Source: an uncultured Candidatus Saccharibacteria bacterium (GTDB lineage: Bacteria; Patescibacteriota; Minisyncoccia; Phycocordibacterales; SBAW01). From it: a DNA stretch of 41,525 nt. The notes under the pieces are model-generated. The model did no database searches, was not told where the DNA came from, and worked only from the letters and a program-made list of their open reading frames with translations. The translations under genes were made by a program, and so were the position numbers. Location of the stretch: assembly GCA_964367315.1 (NCBI GenBank), contig CAYIWV010000002.1, positions 1 to 41,525 on the forward strand. Reading direction: 5' to 3'. Shown piece after piece: positions 16,344-25,567 of the stretch (its first letter is position 1; every line of letters starts with the position of its first letter).

Positions 16344-17683
16344 AGTACATTGCAGCAGAGGGGACCTTTTGGATTTCCTCCTCTACGATTATCATCAAGA
16401 TAATTGGACTTTTTTCGGTCTTTTTCGTGCTCCACGCACTTGCGGTCGAGCAGTACGGCATGCTCGAGCTCGCACTCTCGATTCCGATGTTGCTGAGTAT
16501 CTTTTTGCTTCCTGGCCTCGATACGCTGGTTATTGCCGACATGGGGGCATTTTTGGGCCGGGGAGAAGAGAGGGAGGCACGGGCGACACTCTTTTCTTTT
16601 ATGCGTTTGCAGTATCTCCTTGCTGTCGCTGCCTGGGCCCTGGTATTTTTCGGGGCGTCCTTTTTTACCGAGATCTATCCAATATCGATACAGTATGTAC
16701 ACGCGGCGAGTTTCTTATTTTTACTGGGGCCGTTGCGCACTACTTATGCAGTGCTCTTTCGCGCCCAACTCAAATTTTTTTTACTCTCATTCATTTCTTT
16801 TTTAGAAGAACTTTTCAAGTTCACGATCGTGGCGTTCCTCTTTTTTACGGGCGATCTTGGTGTGCTTGATGTTATTACAGCAATTGCGGCGGCACAGTTC
16901 GTCACTATCGTGGTGCTCGCTATCCCTTTTGTTCGAAGCTGGAATCAGCTAGAGCGGGGAGGAGAGCCGCAACCTCACCCATGGCTCTCTCTCCTCCACG
17001 AGCGGGGTATTTGGAGCATACTCTCGGTCTATGCAGGGAACGTGGGTAAGGCGGCGCGGTTGTGGGTGATCCAACGGATATTGGGAGCAGAAGCAGTCGG
17101 TCTGTATGCGGTCGCGACAGGATTGATGGGGCACACTATGGCGCTAGCACCCCTTAGTACGGTGGTGGCGCCGATATTGCCCCAGTTTGTACATGACCTG
17201 CGGCGCTTTGCGACGATCTTCAGTAAAGCGATTAAATATCAACTTATTGCGTATGCGACGATCGGTGTCATCGGTGCGGTCGTATTCCCGCCAATATTGG
17301 TTCAACTCTTTCCCGACTATGCGCCTGCCATGCCGCTCTTCCAGATTATGCTCGTAGGGCTTCTGCCGATCGCTGTACTTTCAGTCGTTACTCCTGCCTT
17401 TTCTGCACTTAAACTGCAGAAAAACTTCTTTATTTCGGTCTTGATAAAGGATGTAGTCTCCATCGTTGCCGTATGGACCCTCATCACACTCTTCGGCATC
17501 TGGGGAGTTGCCTATGAATACGTGCTCTCGCAGACGTTTTACGTGTATGAGCGTCTTCGACGCCTGCGTGGGTTTGTGCCGCAGCTTCAGGGAATGAGTT
17601 CGCGCATATTTTCGTTCGATGAGGATGACCGTCTTATTCTGCGCAAAGTAGGAGAGTTTGTCGGCAAAATTATACGGATATGA
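16328..17683 (+). CDS. Wzx-like oligo/polysaccharide flippase (MOP superfamily)
   Basis: ATG at 16328 overlaps the upstream gene by 16 nt. It is a multi-pass hydrophobic protein of about 450 aa, with the typical polysaccharide-biosynthesis-protein N-terminus (SLKYIAAEGTFWISSSTIIIKIIGLFSVFFV). Confidence 0.7.
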   Translation: MAKSLKYIAAEGTFWISSSTIIIKIIGLFSVFFVLHALAVEQYGMLELALSIPMLLSIFLLPGLDTLVIADMGAFLGRGEEREARATLFSFMRLQYLLAVAAWALVFFGASFFTEIYPISIQYVHAASFLFLLGPLRTTYAVLFRAQLKFFLLSFISFLEELFKFTIVAFLFFTGDLGVLDVITAIAAAQFVTIVVLAIPFVRSWNQLERGGEPQPHPWLSLLHERGIWSILSVYAGNVGKAARLWVIQRILGAEAVGLYAVATGLMGHTMALAPLSTVVAPILPQFVHDLRRFATIFSKAIKYQLIAYATIGVIGAVVFPPILVQLFPDYAPAMPLFQIMLVGLLPIAVLSVVTPAFSALKLQKNFFISVLIKDVVSIVAVWTLITLFGIWGVAYEYVLSQTFYVYERLRRLRGFVPQLQGMSSRIFSFDEDDRLILRKVGEFVGKIIRI

Positions 17684-20025
17684 GCGAAGGAAAATGGATA
17701 GTCTTTGCAAGTGTGCTTTTTTCGGTGCTCGGAGCCGCAGCACTTTTCCCATTCTTATTTTTAGGAGAGATATTTTCCAACACGGATGCGGTGACGTATT
17801 ATTACCCGGCTTTTCATTTTTATAGCGAAGCACTCCACGGGGGAGAGTCGTTTTTATGGAACCCGTATCTCTTCTCTGGGTTTCCAATGTATCTCAGCCA
17901 ATCGGCGGGTTTTCTTGACCCTCTCAATATTTTTCTTTTTCGCATCTTCGATGCGTTTGATGCGTATCATGTGAGGCTCTTCATCGGGTTTTTCTTGACC
18001 ATGCTCTTTTCGTGCCTTGCCGCCCGCTCGCTCGGACTCTCACGCCACGCATCGCTTGTCGTCGGGCCAGCGTATCTTGTTGCCTTTAATTGGTGGTATA
18101 TCTCGAACCCAGTCATCGTGAACTCGCTATTTCTACTCCCATTTTTATTATGGGTGGGAATGTCCATGGCAGGTGGCGTTCATCGATGGCGTTTTACCGT
18201 ACTTGCGGGGTTGGGTATTGGCTGGTCACTCCTTGCTGGATACGCCCAGCTCACAATTTACACAATGTCGGCATGGGGGGTGTTTATACTTGCAGAGGTG
18301 TGGTGGGTGAGCCGCCGTTCGCCGCGCGAGCGTATCTCCACGATTCTGCTGCTCGGCGGCGCGGCGATTATTGGCGCACTTGTTGCACTTCCGCAACTGT
18401 TGCCAGCGCTCGATTTTACGCCCCTTACGGGGCGTGCGGAAGGTCTTGCATACGGGCTTTCGACCTTTAAGGTTATTAACCCAGGCGATCTTATCCTCTT
18501 TATCTTTCCGGATTACCTCTACTTTCCCTATCTCTCAGGCGGGCGCCGGCCGCTTTATGTTGGAGTACTTCTGTTCATTTTGGCGGTCATGGCAGCGGTC
18601 TCGCTTATACGCAGCATCCGCGCCGCACATATGGATAAGATGGAGCGGCGCATGAGTGTTGTCGTCGGCCTATTAGCATTTTGTTTTGTTGCGGCCCTTG
18701 CATATTCACCGGTGTATTATGTGCTCCAACATTTGCCGGTATTTTCATACTTCAGGTTCCCATATCGATGGATGTACGTGGGAGCGTGGTTTTTGGCGCT
18801 TCTTGGCGCATGGGGGATCGACCGTCTACGAGATGCGGTACCCGGACGATGGATGAACATAATTGCCGCCACTTTCACGGGTGTCGCCGCACTCTTTACC
18901 GCAGCGGCCACCTTACTCACATTTGCCGGTCAGACGTTTTGGAATGCTGTGGGTGAGTGGATATTCATCCTTTTGCGCGTGACTATGATTGGTTCCTCCG
19001 GCCTTACAAAGGACCCGGAGCATTACCACGACGCGATAGTGCGCGGTATCAACGCGTGGCAAGAAGCACTCTCACTCACCGAAATCTCTTTTGTAGTACC
19101 GTTCGCGCTTCTGGTAGGTGCGGTGGCGCTTGTGTGGCAGTATGTTGGGGGAAAAATTTCACGTGAACTTTTTTCCCGTACCGCAGTTGGCCTCTCGCTC
19201 GCGACTTTTATTCTTGTGTTCGCGGTGCAGTGGAGCACGTCGCTTCCACGCACAATCGCAGGGTCTCATGCCGAGCTCCTCTCGTTTATTCCCTTGGAAG
19301 AGCGCGCACTGTATCGGACCTTTCCTTTCATGCTTGGGGAGAGTCTTGAGCGTTATATACCGCCGCAATATTCATTAGATGAGGGAGAATTGCGCGCTGT
19401 GACGATGATGCAGTTTTATTCAGGTTGGTCAAATACCAACACGTTCGCCAAAATTGCGAGTGCGGACGGTTACGACCCATTCGTCCCCGTCCGCATGCGG
19501 GCGCTGCTTGAAGAGGCGGGGAGCACCCATAGCGGCGAAGACGTGACGAGGAGCCTTTCGAATGATGAAAAAATCGCTCGGCTTTATTCAAAACTCCCCT
19601 TGCTTGGCGAGATGTCGGTCAAGTACATCCTCTCGGGGATGCCGCTCTCGCATCGCAACCTTACCCTGGTGCGCACGGAACCCATCCCTCCTTATGGCGC
19701 CGAATTGTATATATATGAAAATACCCATGCCTTGCCGCGTGTACGCTTTATTTCGCCCGGTGCGGCTTCGGACACCCTTACGCTTATAGAGGTTAAAAGC
19801 GGCTCTTTTACAATCGAAACCCGTACGGTGCGCTCGCGCGCGCTCCTTGTTGCGGAGAGTAATCTCCCCGGCTGGGAGGCGACTATCGACGGAGCGCCGT
19901 CTGCAATACCTAAGGGGCTCTTTATCGAGCTTGAGGTACCGGCGGGGAAGCATACACTTGTACTTACTTACGTGGGAATGCGCGGCGAATTGCACGCGCT
20001 TAGGATGCTTGGTATCGTCCAGTGA
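17680..20025 (+). CDS. YfhO-family GT-C membrane glycosyltransferase, paralogue 1
   Basis: ATGA overlap. Large polytopic protein of 781 aa. TDAVTYYY follows the first TM helix. C-terminal signature LPGWEATIDGAPSAI...LEVPAGKHTLVLTY. Confidence 0.8.
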   Translation: MSEGKWIVFASVLFSVLGAAALFPFLFLGEIFSNTDAVTYYYPAFHFYSEALHGGESFLWNPYLFSGFPMYLSQSAGFLDPLNIFLFRIFDAFDAYHVRLFIGFFLTMLFSCLAARSLGLSRHASLVVGPAYLVAFNWWYISNPVIVNSLFLLPFLLWVGMSMAGGVHRWRFTVLAGLGIGWSLLAGYAQLTIYTMSAWGVFILAEVWWVSRRSPRERISTILLLGGAAIIGALVALPQLLPALDFTPLTGRAEGLAYGLSTFKVINPGDLILFIFPDYLYFPYLSGGRRPLYVGVLLFILAVMAAVSLIRSIRAAHMDKMERRMSVVVGLLAFCFVAALAYSPVYYVLQHLPVFSYFRFPYRWMYVGAWFLALLGAWGIDRLRDAVPGRWMNIIAATFTGVAALFTAAATLLTFAGQTFWNAVGEWIFILLRVTMIGSSGLTKDPEHYHDAIVRGINAWQEALSLTEISFVVPFALLVGAVALVWQYVGGKISRELFSRTAVGLSLATFILVFAVQWSTSLPRTIAGSHAELLSFIPLEERALYRTFPFMLGESLERYIPPQYSLDEGELRAVTMMQFYSGWSNTNTFAKIASADGYDPFVPVRMRALLEEAGSTHSGEDVTRSLSNDEKIARLYSKLPLLGEMSVKYILSGMPLSHRNLTLVRTEPIPPYGAELYIYENTHALPRVRFISPGAASDTLTLIEVKSGSFTIETRTVRSRALLVAESNLPGWEATIDGAPSAIPKGLFIELEVPAGKHTLVLTYVGMRGELHALRMLGIVQ

Positions 20026-21398
20026 TTATGAAAACTATTTTTATCACCGTATACGACGGCGACATCGAAAAAAATATTCTCCAATCTGACGTGCTCCGCA
20101 CGCTCAGGAGCGCCAATCTTAAGATTGTGCTTCTCGTCAAAAACGGCATCGTGCATAATTACCGGCATTACGCGGACGAACGCGTAGTCGTCGAGGAACT
20201 GCCGCCGGCGCTGTGTTTTTCAGAGAAGTTTTTTTATTGGATAGGATGGAATATACTCCCAACCCGCTCCGGATATCTCCGCCGCCGCCAGTCTTATAAA
20301 CTCCACCGCAGTTATGTACGTCTCATGTTGGGAGATTTTCTTGGCTGGTGCGGGAGGTCGCGCACATTTCGCCAGGCACTACGCGCAGTGTATGCCGTGA
20401 TCCCTGATGGGTATGGCGCGGATCTATTCGAGCGCTACAAACCCGACCTATTGTATGCACCGAGCATGTTCTCACCCGAGGACGGCCGACTCTTGCGTAT
20501 GGCAAAACGCAAAGGCGTGGGGACAGTGACTGCGTCAAAAAGCTGGGACGTACTTACCAACAAAGCATTTACGCGCATACGGGCCGACACCATCATTGTA
20601 CAAAATCCTCTTATTCGCGATGTGGCAATTACTTTAGGTGATTACGATCCCACACAGGTGGAGGTGGTAGGTTTCGTACAGTTTGATTTTACAGTCAGAC
20701 AGGATCTTATTATGCCGCGTGAGGAATATTTAAATAAGATTGGCGCAGATCCTGGGCGGAAGTTAATTCTCTACTCGACTTCTGGAGATTGGAAAAATCC
20801 GTACGACGATGAAGTGGTAGAGGGCATCCACGACGCCATTGTGACAGGGGTAATCCCCCATGCTCAAATTCTTGCTCGGTTTCATCCAAAATACTCGAGC
20901 AAGATCGAACGGCTCGATCTTCCTCATCTCATAACGCATCGGCCCTGCGAAGGAGAGGAGCAGGTTGAGTCCTATGACAGCTCGGCATCGCGTGTATACC
21001 CTTTTACCTTTCGAGAGGATGATTATGTGGATCTTGCAAACGCGCTCTACCATAGCGATGTCACCATTAATACCATGTCCTCGATAACACTTGACGCGAT
21101 CGCCTATGATAAGCCAGTCGTTCTTATTTGCCACGATGGGCTTGATCGGTCTTTGCCGTACCTGGAGTCGTTACGCCGCATGTATGACGAAGACCACTAT
21201 CGTGTCATTATGGAAAGTGCGTGCGTCGCCGCCTCGTACTCAATGAAGGATACTGTGGAGGCAATTCGAGCATATCTTGCCGACCCTTCGCGCGATGCGG
21301 AGGGACGTGCCTTCATCCGCGAACAGGTGCTGTATAAACTTGATGGAAAGTCAGGCGAACGCATCGCGCAGACTCTCCTGCGCCGCTTGAACCTCTAA
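20022..21398 (+). CDS. GT-B-fold protein of uncertain family (TagB/TagF CDP-glycerol glycerophosphotransferase-like or capsule-polymerase-like)
   Basis: GTG at 20022 overlaps the upstream stop (ATG at 20028 is the alternative). The C-terminal block LYHSDVTINTMSSITLDAIAYDKPVVLI resembles the TagF-type (a)DxLITDYSSvxFD..kPi motif. The call is tentative. Confidence 0.45.
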   Translation: MIMKTIFITVYDGDIEKNILQSDVLRTLRSANLKIVLLVKNGIVHNYRHYADERVVVEELPPALCFSEKFFYWIGWNILPTRSGYLRRRQSYKLHRSYVRLMLGDFLGWCGRSRTFRQALRAVYAVIPDGYGADLFERYKPDLLYAPSMFSPEDGRLLRMAKRKGVGTVTASKSWDVLTNKAFTRIRADTIIVQNPLIRDVAITLGDYDPTQVEVVGFVQFDFTVRQDLIMPREEYLNKIGADPGRKLILYSTSGDWKNPYDDEVVEGIHDAIVTGVIPHAQILARFHPKYSSKIERLDLPHLITHRPCEGEEQVESYDSSASRVYPFTFREDDYVDLANALYHSDVTINTMSSITLDAIAYDKPVVLICHDGLDRSLPYLESLRRMYDEDHYRVIMESACVAASYSMKDTVEAIRAYLADPSRDAEGRAFIREQVLYKLDGKSGERIAQTLLRRLNL

Positions 21399-21443
21399 AC
21401 GCCGTGAGCATACGTTCATTGCTCTTGGCGTACTTCTGTGCGA

Positions 21444-21460
21444 TACTCCGGACCGGAGTA
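21444..21460. promoter_or_regulatory. 17-bp palindrome (hairpin or operator-like) upstream of the first radical SAM gene
   Basis: TACTCCGG-A-CCGGAGTA at 21444-21460, followed by the -10-like TATAAC (21463-21468) and the AAGGAG SD (21475-21480) before the ATG at 21487. Confidence 0.3.
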
Positions 21461-21486
21461 CCTATAACGTAGCCAAGGAGACGAGC

Positions 21487-23019
21487 ATGAAAGTCCTCTT
21501 GTTGTATCCCAACATACGGCACGAGAGCCTCGTGCCGCCTTCGATCGCCTTGCTCTCCCGTATTCTCAAAAACGAGGGACACACGGTAGATATTTTCGAC
21601 TCGACCGACTACGACATCGACCTTGGAATGATCGACGCCGACAAGGTCAAGAAAGAAAACTTGTTGGTCATCCCGACCGAGAGTATCGAGCGCAGCAGTA
21701 AGGGCGATGTGTTTGCGGGCTTTCGCAAAAAGGTTCAGACGTTTAGCCCGGATCTGATTGCGGTAACCGCAACGGAAAGCACCTTTCTGCTCGCCACGGC
21801 GCTTTTGCGGGCGATTCGCGACCGCTCCCACCCCGTTCCGACGGTCTTGGGCGGCGTCTTTGCCACTTTTGCACCGGCTCTGGCTTTGCGCTACCCTGAG
21901 ATCGACATGTGCGTCGTCGGCGAGGGGGAGCGAGCATTGCCGGCACTTTGCCGGGCGCTCGAGCGCGGGGAAGACCACACCACCGTACGAGGGCTCTGGG
22001 TAAAGGGAGGGGATGGGGAGGTTATAAAAAACCCACCCGCCCTTCCGGTCGACATCAACGAGAATCCGTCCGACTTGGACATCTCGCTCTTTGACGACCA
22101 TCGGCTCTACCGCCCTATGGGCGGTAAGGTGTACCGGATGCTCTCGATCGAGACGCATCGCGGGTGCCCATATACGTGCGGGTTCTGCAACTCGCCTGGG
22201 CAAAACGAGTTGTTCGGCGCGAAACACTTTTTCCGCAAGCGAAAGCCGGAGAAGGTGCGGGAGGAAATTCTGCACTACATCGAGAAGTATAAGATTGAGT
22301 ACGCTTTCTTCTGGGCGGATACGTTCTTTGCGTATTCGCCCGCGGAGTTCGATGCTTTCATCGAGATGTACAAGGACATCCGGCTGCCGTTTTGGTGCCA
22401 GACACGGCCCGAGACGGTGATGATCAAAAAGGACCGGATCAAGCAGCTCCGCGACATCGGACTACATCGGATCTCGTTCGGACTCGAGCATGGCAACGAG
22501 AAGTTCCGGCGGGATGTGGTAGGCCGCAACATGTCCAACCAGCTCCTTATCGATGCCTTCGTATTGGGGGCGGACTCGGGCCTTCCGTTCTCCGTCAACA
22601 ACATCATCGGCTTCCCCGGCGAGACGCGCGACTTGGTCTTTGACACGATTGAGCTCAACCGTCATACGAAGGCTCAGTCGATGTCGTGCAGCATCTTCAT
22701 GCCCTACCAGGGCACCGCGCTGCATCGGCTTGCGGTCAGCAAAGGCTATATTGCCGACGACACCATCTGTCCCTCCAATAACGACGAGGCGATTATGAAT
22801 ATGTCGTCTCTATCCAAGGGGGAGATTATGGGGCTCCGGAGCACGTTCCCGCTTTATGTCCGGTTCCCCAAGGATCGGTGGCCTGAGATCCGCCTGGCGG
22901 AGTCTCCGACGGAGGAGGGCAAAAAAAGGCTCGCCGACCTCCGGCAGGAGTTCCAGCGCACCTACATGCCTGGTGCTCCCGAACTCTACCAATCGCCCGG
23001 CGTACACGCGGCCGGGTAA
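21487..23019 (+). CDS. Cobalamin-binding-domain (class B type) radical SAM enzyme 1
   Basis: N-terminal B12-type Rossmann domain (KVLLLYPN...LIAVTATES...VLGGVFAT) and radical SAM cluster motif ETHRGCPYTCGFCNS (CxxxCxxC). AAGGAG SD upstream. Confidence 0.85.
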   Translation: MKVLLLYPNIRHESLVPPSIALLSRILKNEGHTVDIFDSTDYDIDLGMIDADKVKKENLLVIPTESIERSSKGDVFAGFRKKVQTFSPDLIAVTATESTFLLATALLRAIRDRSHPVPTVLGGVFATFAPALALRYPEIDMCVVGEGERALPALCRALERGEDHTTVRGLWVKGGDGEVIKNPPALPVDINENPSDLDISLFDDHRLYRPMGGKVYRMLSIETHRGCPYTCGFCNSPGQNELFGAKHFFRKRKPEKVREEILHYIEKYKIEYAFFWADTFFAYSPAEFDAFIEMYKDIRLPFWCQTRPETVMIKKDRIKQLRDIGLHRISFGLEHGNEKFRRDVVGRNMSNQLLIDAFVLGADSGLPFSVNNIIGFPGETRDLVFDTIELNRHTKAQSMSCSIFMPYQGTALHRLAVSKGYIADDTICPSNNDEAIMNMSSLSKGEIMGLRSTFPLYVRFPKDRWPEIRLAESPTEEGKKRLADLRQEFQRTYMPGAPELYQSPGVHAAG

Positions 23020-23031
23020 GATAAGGCGTAG

Positions 23032-23060
23032 GGGTCCCCGTTCGCGGGGGCCCTTTTTCT
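23032..23060 (+). terminator. Intrinsic terminator
   Basis: GGGTCCCCG (23032-23040), TTCG loop, CGGGGGCCC (23045-23053), then TTTTTCTTT. This is a 9-bp stem with one G-U pair, 13 nt after the stop. Confidence 0.7.
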
Positions 23061-23077
23061 TTGCTATAGTACTCACG

Positions 23078-23803
23078 ATGAGAGGGGCTATCGCACGGTT
23101 TGCGGCGACATATCTGGAAAATAGAGCAAAACAAATAATACAAAGCCACGAAATGTGGCGTTTTGTCGGTCCCTATCTCGAGCGGTCAGTATCTACCGGC
23201 TGCAATTATGTCGACTACTTGGCGCTCTACAACCACATACGGCAGTATAAGCCGCGCCACGTGCTCGAGCTTGGGACGGGTGTCTCCACCACCATCATCG
23301 CTTATGCGCTCAAGGAAAACGGAGGCGGGGAAGTGGTGTCGATGGAAGATCATCAGTACTACCTCGAGGAAACGATGAAGATATTTCCTAACGAGCTTCG
23401 CGACATGGTCACGTTCCATTTGAGCCCCGCGGTTGAAAAAACCAAGGACTTTTTCCGGGGGAGTGGCTATAAGGACATCCCAGTGCGCGACTACGAGTTC
23501 GTATTTGTCGATGGCCCCAATCTCCTGGTAAGCACCGATCGCGGTGTGGAGGCTGAGTTTGGTTTTAATTTTGATTTTATTGAGGCGGTGCAGATGTCCA
23601 ACAAACCCGTCTCCGGCCTTATCGACACGCGGACGACGACTTGCTTCGTTTACAGTAATATCCTCGGCGATAAGTTCCGCTACAACTATCTCCAGCGCCA
23701 GGGAGTGATGATGCCTTGTACCAAAAAAGACCTCCTCAACGCCAAACAAATAACTGCTCGCGCGATGAAACGGCGCGCGTTTAAGCGGACATTTAAGACC
23801 TAG
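23078..23803 (+). CDS. Putative class I SAM-dependent methyltransferase (241 aa)
   Basis: ATG at 23078; the ORF-track start at 22856 lies inside the rSAM gene and the terminator. Motif I-like HVLELGTGVSTTIIAYAL, then an acidic residue in VVSMEDHQ, and FVFVDGP. Confidence 0.6.
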   Translation: MRGAIARFAATYLENRAKQIIQSHEMWRFVGPYLERSVSTGCNYVDYLALYNHIRQYKPRHVLELGTGVSTTIIAYALKENGGGEVVSMEDHQYYLEETMKIFPNELRDMVTFHLSPAVEKTKDFFRGSGYKDIPVRDYEFVFVDGPNLLVSTDRGVEAEFGFNFDFIEAVQMSNKPVSGLIDTRTTTCFVYSNILGDKFRYNYLQRQGVMMPCTKKDLLNAKQITARAMKRRAFKRTFKT

Positions 23804-23877
23804 TCGTTGCTAGTAACCTTTTTGCGTGGTACAAGGTTATTGTAATAAGCCGCGCCAGGCGGCGTTTCCTATTGCGC

Positions 23878-24306
23878 ATGATTACCAAAATCCATTACAC
23901 CAAGGGCGCGCGGTTTGATTTCGGCACGCATATCAACGAATTTTTGGTTCCCCGCGAAAAAGCCCTCTCGTCCGAGACATTTTTGGTCATTATCCGTCCC
24001 GGCAAGGCAACGCATCTCCATATGCATCCGGATATGGAGCAGATCTTTTATGTCATCAAAGGCCGGGGCTCACTCTTTACTTGCACAAATGCGCGTGTGA
24101 AGCTCCGCAAGGTCCACGAGATAAAGTCGGGCGATGTAGTGCATATCCCGCTTAAGACGTGGCATACGGTCTCGTGCGCGGGCAAAAGGCCGCTCGAATA
24201 TTTGTGCGTCGACGCGTTCCCTAAAGGACATTTGCACGGCGAGAAGACCGCGCTCGCGCATGCAAGAAATGTTGTCGCTGCAGAAAAGAAGAAAAAAAAC
24301 CGATGA
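23878..24306 (+). CDS. Cupin-domain protein
   Basis: ATG at 23878. Cupin motifs GKATHLHMHPDMEQIFYVIKGRG and GDVVHIPLKTWH. Confidence 0.75.
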   Translation: MITKIHYTKGARFDFGTHINEFLVPREKALSSETFLVIIRPGKATHLHMHPDMEQIFYVIKGRGSLFTCTNARVKLRKVHEIKSGDVVHIPLKTWHTVSCAGKRPLEYLCVDAFPKGHLHGEKTALAHARNVVAAEKKKKNR

Positions 24307-25490
24307 CAAAACCCCGATATATCCTACTCAATTTTCTTCATGGCAATGGTCCGTATCTGCGGACTCTTGAGCTTGCTCTTGCTGTTAATGACGAGCTCGA
24401 AGCACGCGGTAAGGAGCGCATGCATATCATCGTGCCGCTGATCTACGGCAGCCACCAACAGGCGATCATGGAAGAAAATTTTAAAGGAACGATTGAAAAG
24501 AGTCCAAATGAAATTCTTCTTAGTGAAGAGCTCGGGCGTCTTCTTAAGCCGATTTTCTACACCGGCGAGAAAAGTTATGAAGAATCGCTTCGTTATTTTG
24601 CAAAAGAATCTCGCGCAACAGAACGGGTATTGCGCGAATGTATCGAGTGCGGGTTTAGTGCCCTGACCTTTGGCGGAGAAACCCGCATGATTTCAAAAAA
24701 AGATATTGCCATGGAAATCAATCGGTGCCCGCAGGTTTCTACCGGCATATCACCGTCGTATTACACCGGGTTCGATTACATATCAAAAGTGCTCGAACAT
24801 ACCCTCAAGGAGGATTCATTGCATGGGTTTGACCAAGAACTTCTTAAGACCTGTATCCCTTTATATAAGGAAATTGAGAGGAATCAGACACTCCATTTTA
24901 TCGCGGAACCCTCAATTTTTTCATATTTGGGAGAGCGGCAGAAAAAATATCCAACCGAAATAACCACGCCACCTAATACTAACCAACCACACTTTTTCCA
25001 TCACTCGCCAGACCGCAAAGATGTTGAGGAGGGAGTCTATGTAACGGTGACCGGCATCCCTGGCCTTGAACACCTCTTTGAGGATGTACAGAAGATGGGC
25101 CTGCGGGTGTATACTCATCGGCCGGAACTTATCCCGGGGAGTTTGCTGGCATCACCCCATATTGTTGCGGACGAGAAAATAAAATTTCACTTTGCACGGA
25201 GCGGCTGGGGGTCGCTGTGGCTTTCGTTTTTGACCGACACACCTTTTGTCACGCGCCCGTATCATCCCCATGACGACGTGGAGATCTATTTTAACAACAA
25301 ATGCATCGAAAACCTTGGCATCGGGATGGTGTTCGACAAAAACTCCACTGTTGAGGACTTGTTCGATTATGCGGTGCGTTACAAAAAATCCTCTGACGCG
25401 CTTAAAGAAAAACTCATCGCAAAATACGGCACGCTCGATGGCGTACATTACACGGCACAAAAAATCGTCGACCACTTTGTCGCGCAATAA
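24303..25490 (+). CDS. Orphan GT-B-like protein (MurG/PseG/GT28 C-terminal-like); either a glycosyltransferase or a nucleotide-sugar hydrolase
   Basis: ATGA overlap with the cupin gene. The C-terminal block FHFARSGWGSLWLSFLTDTPFVTRPY...NNKCIENLGIGMVF resembles the GT28/GT1 donor-binding half. The N-terminal half is not recognisable. GC content is markedly lower than in neighbouring genes. Confidence 0.45.
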   Translation: MTKPRYILLNFLHGNGPYLRTLELALAVNDELEARGKERMHIIVPLIYGSHQQAIMEENFKGTIEKSPNEILLSEELGRLLKPIFYTGEKSYEESLRYFAKESRATERVLRECIECGFSALTFGGETRMISKKDIAMEINRCPQVSTGISPSYYTGFDYISKVLEHTLKEDSLHGFDQELLKTCIPLYKEIERNQTLHFIAEPSIFSYLGERQKKYPTEITTPPNTNQPHFFHHSPDRKDVEEGVYVTVTGIPGLEHLFEDVQKMGLRVYTHRPELIPGSLLASPHIVADEKIKFHFARSGWGSLWLSFLTDTPFVTRPYHPHDDVEIYFNNKCIENLGIGMVFDKNSTVEDLFDYAVRYKKSSDALKEKLIAKYGTLDGVHYTAQKIVDHFVAQ

Positions 25491-25498
25491 TACAGCTA

Positions 25499-25527
25499 TT
25501 GACTAGGTTGTGTCTTGGTGTTATTTT
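25499..25527 (+). promoter_or_regulatory. Possible promoter for the NeuB-like gene
   Basis: TTGACT (25499-25504), a 17-nt spacer, then TATTTT (25522-25527). GAAAGGA SD precedes the ATG at 25568. Confidence 0.35.
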
Positions 25528-25567
25528 CTCTTATAGACGCTGAACCAACTTCAGGAAAGGATGTTCC

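Noticed and set aside
21404-21472. A 22-codon GTG-initiated ORF (MSIRSLLLAYFCAILRTGVPIT) directly upstream of radical SAM enzyme 1, considered as a possible RiPP precursor peptide.
   Set aside because: It has no SD and a weak start. It is largely made up of the palindrome and promoter-like sequence, and it shows no leader/core features. The genomic context is entirely sugar metabolism, so a sugar substrate is the more economical explanation for the rSAM enzymes.
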